A stretch of DNA of 64,000 nucleotides, taken from Callorhinchus milii (taxonomy: Eukaryota). Location of the stretch: contig NW_024704742.1 in the NCBI RefSeq assembly GCF_018977255.1, positions 20,896,001-20,960,000 on the forward strand, in the 5' to 3' direction. Positions 62,579-64,000 of this stretch are shown here, piece after piece. The position numbers and the translations under genes were made by a program. Each line of letters opens with the position of its first letter. The stretch's first letter is position 1. The notes beneath the pieces were generated by a model. The model had not been told where the DNA came from, ran no database searches, and saw only the letters and a list, made by a program, of their open reading frames with translations.

Positions 62579-63314
62579 CTGTGAAAAAAATAACCGCAAA
62601 TAAACAAACCGGCAAAAGATTGTGCAAAATCCAGTCATTGAGTCATCTAACATTCTGCTTTAGATTTTGGTACAACAACTTGCATTTATATAGCGGATTT
62701 CAGATAGGATAACCTCTCCCAGCTCTTTGTCGGGATGGGGTTAGAATGCCAAGCAAGACAGGAAAGGAAAGGTGGAGGTGCCTGTGGGTGCAAGACAACA
62801 GATAGCTGTATTGGTGGGATTTAAAGAGAGGTAGAAGGAAGCGAGGTGGAGGGAGAGAGTTCCAGAGGTTAGGGGCATAATTTCTGGCCACAACAGTTAG
62901 AATCAAAATTGCACCTATCATATTTCTGTATTGACTTTTTTTTCATATTCCATTCACAGAACTGGATTTTCACATTCTCAGAGACAGGTAGAGATTTTGC
63001 TGAGTTACAAAACGCTTGCAGAATGACAATCTGTGAAATTATAGATGAGAGAAACACTTGCAATTCCAATAAAACAATACATCTTCTGGGAAAGGAAATT
63101 TGATTTGAAGACATTTTAAGATATAGGAGGTAAAGCAATATAGGAGGTAATGGCTCCTGTGAGACGCATATGCATAATGGGCCAAATGGCTGCTGACAGC
63201 AGAGTATTTAATAATTATTCTTGTATTTGGTATAGTAGCTATAGTGTCATAATATCTCAGAGTGCTTCATAAGTAATTGCTGTGAAGTATAGTGACTGTG
63301 TATAGGTAAGCAAA

Positions 63315-63540
63315 CAGCGAGTTGTTTGGATCTGGAATGCATTTCCTGAAAGGGTGGTGGAAGCCGATTCGATAACAATTTTTAAGAGAGTAGTAGATAA
63401 TTATTGGGCCGGACAAGTTTGCAGGGTTATGGGGAGAGAGCGGGGAGTGGGATTGATTTGGTTAGTTCTTTTCAAAGAGCTGGCACAGAAATGGTGGGCT
63501 GAATGGCCACCTTACATGCTGTAAGATTCTATGATTCTAT
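63315..63540 (+). mobile_element. CR1 3' end fragment nested in an old SINE
   Basis: gatctggaatgcatttcctgaaagggtggtggaagc...gggctgaatggcc...gctgtaagattctatgattctatg. Confidence 0.7.
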
Positions 63541-64000
63541 GTCATCCAATTAGCGCACAACAATATCCCCAAAACAGCCATGAAGTGAATGAACAATATA
63601 ATCTGGAGGATTGTTGCCCAGGTCACTGCGAGAAATTCTTTTCTTTTCAAATAGAGTCATGGGATCTTTAAAATCCATCTGCTCAGGCAACACCTAGAAT
63701 ACTGCATACAATTTGGGTCCCTGTGACATATAGTGCCTGAATCCTAGAAGCAGTATAAAGAAGAACAAGTCTGATACACCATGTTAGAGGAATGAGTTAC
63801 AACCAACAATTTGATAATTTAGGGAGTCTCAAAAACAGATGTCCTGGAGAGAACTTTATGGAGCTATATATGATGTCAAATGGGATATAGAAAACAAACC
63901 TACAAAAACAATAAGCTGGGCTTTTTGCTAAATCAATTGAGTTGAGATCCCCAGATGTCATTCTCAGGCTATAGAGTGTTGTGGTCAGACCGCCAGACAC

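Noticed and set aside
62335..62607. 91-codon N-terminal extension of the NPY1R ORF in the ORF track
   Set aside because: It starts at TTG, has no in-frame ATG, spans a likely splice acceptor, and the ATG at 62334 gives a normal-length Y1 N-terminus.

Overview
Repeat-rich vertebrate genomic DNA. The SINE/LINE repertoire suggests a cartilaginous fish, which is an inference. There are two protein-coding genes, both on the minus strand and in the known vertebrate NAF1-NPY1R syntenic order. NPY1R (neuropeptide Y receptor Y1) has a complete 374-aa CDS in two exons (62334-61627 and 55113-54697) split by a 6.5-kb intron. NAF1 (H/ACA RNP assembly factor) is represented by its 5' part: a CpG-island promoter with a non-coding exon near 36.4 kb and coding exons at 29702-29074 and 17579-17444. 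I could not find its Gar1/Naf1-domain exons in the window. The rest is mostly transposon relics: L2, CR1, Tx1 and RTE-X-like LINEs, tRNA-Ala-headed SINEs with L2-type tails, Penelope-like elements with degenerate hammerhead motifs, a Tigger/pogo relic and hAT MITEs. The most unusual structures are: (1) a mirror-image minisatellite bracketing the NAF1 promoter, whose intronic satellite carries copies of the exon-1 splice donor; (2) a 137-aa N-terminal extension of NAF1 with an overlapping uORF; (3) a near-perfect 118-bp palindrome in the NPY1R intron; (4) two different hAT MITEs stacked at one 8-bp target; (5) several templated local duplications. No CRISPR or prokaryotic system is present. Transposon boundaries are approximate, and family names come from motif recall rather than database searches.
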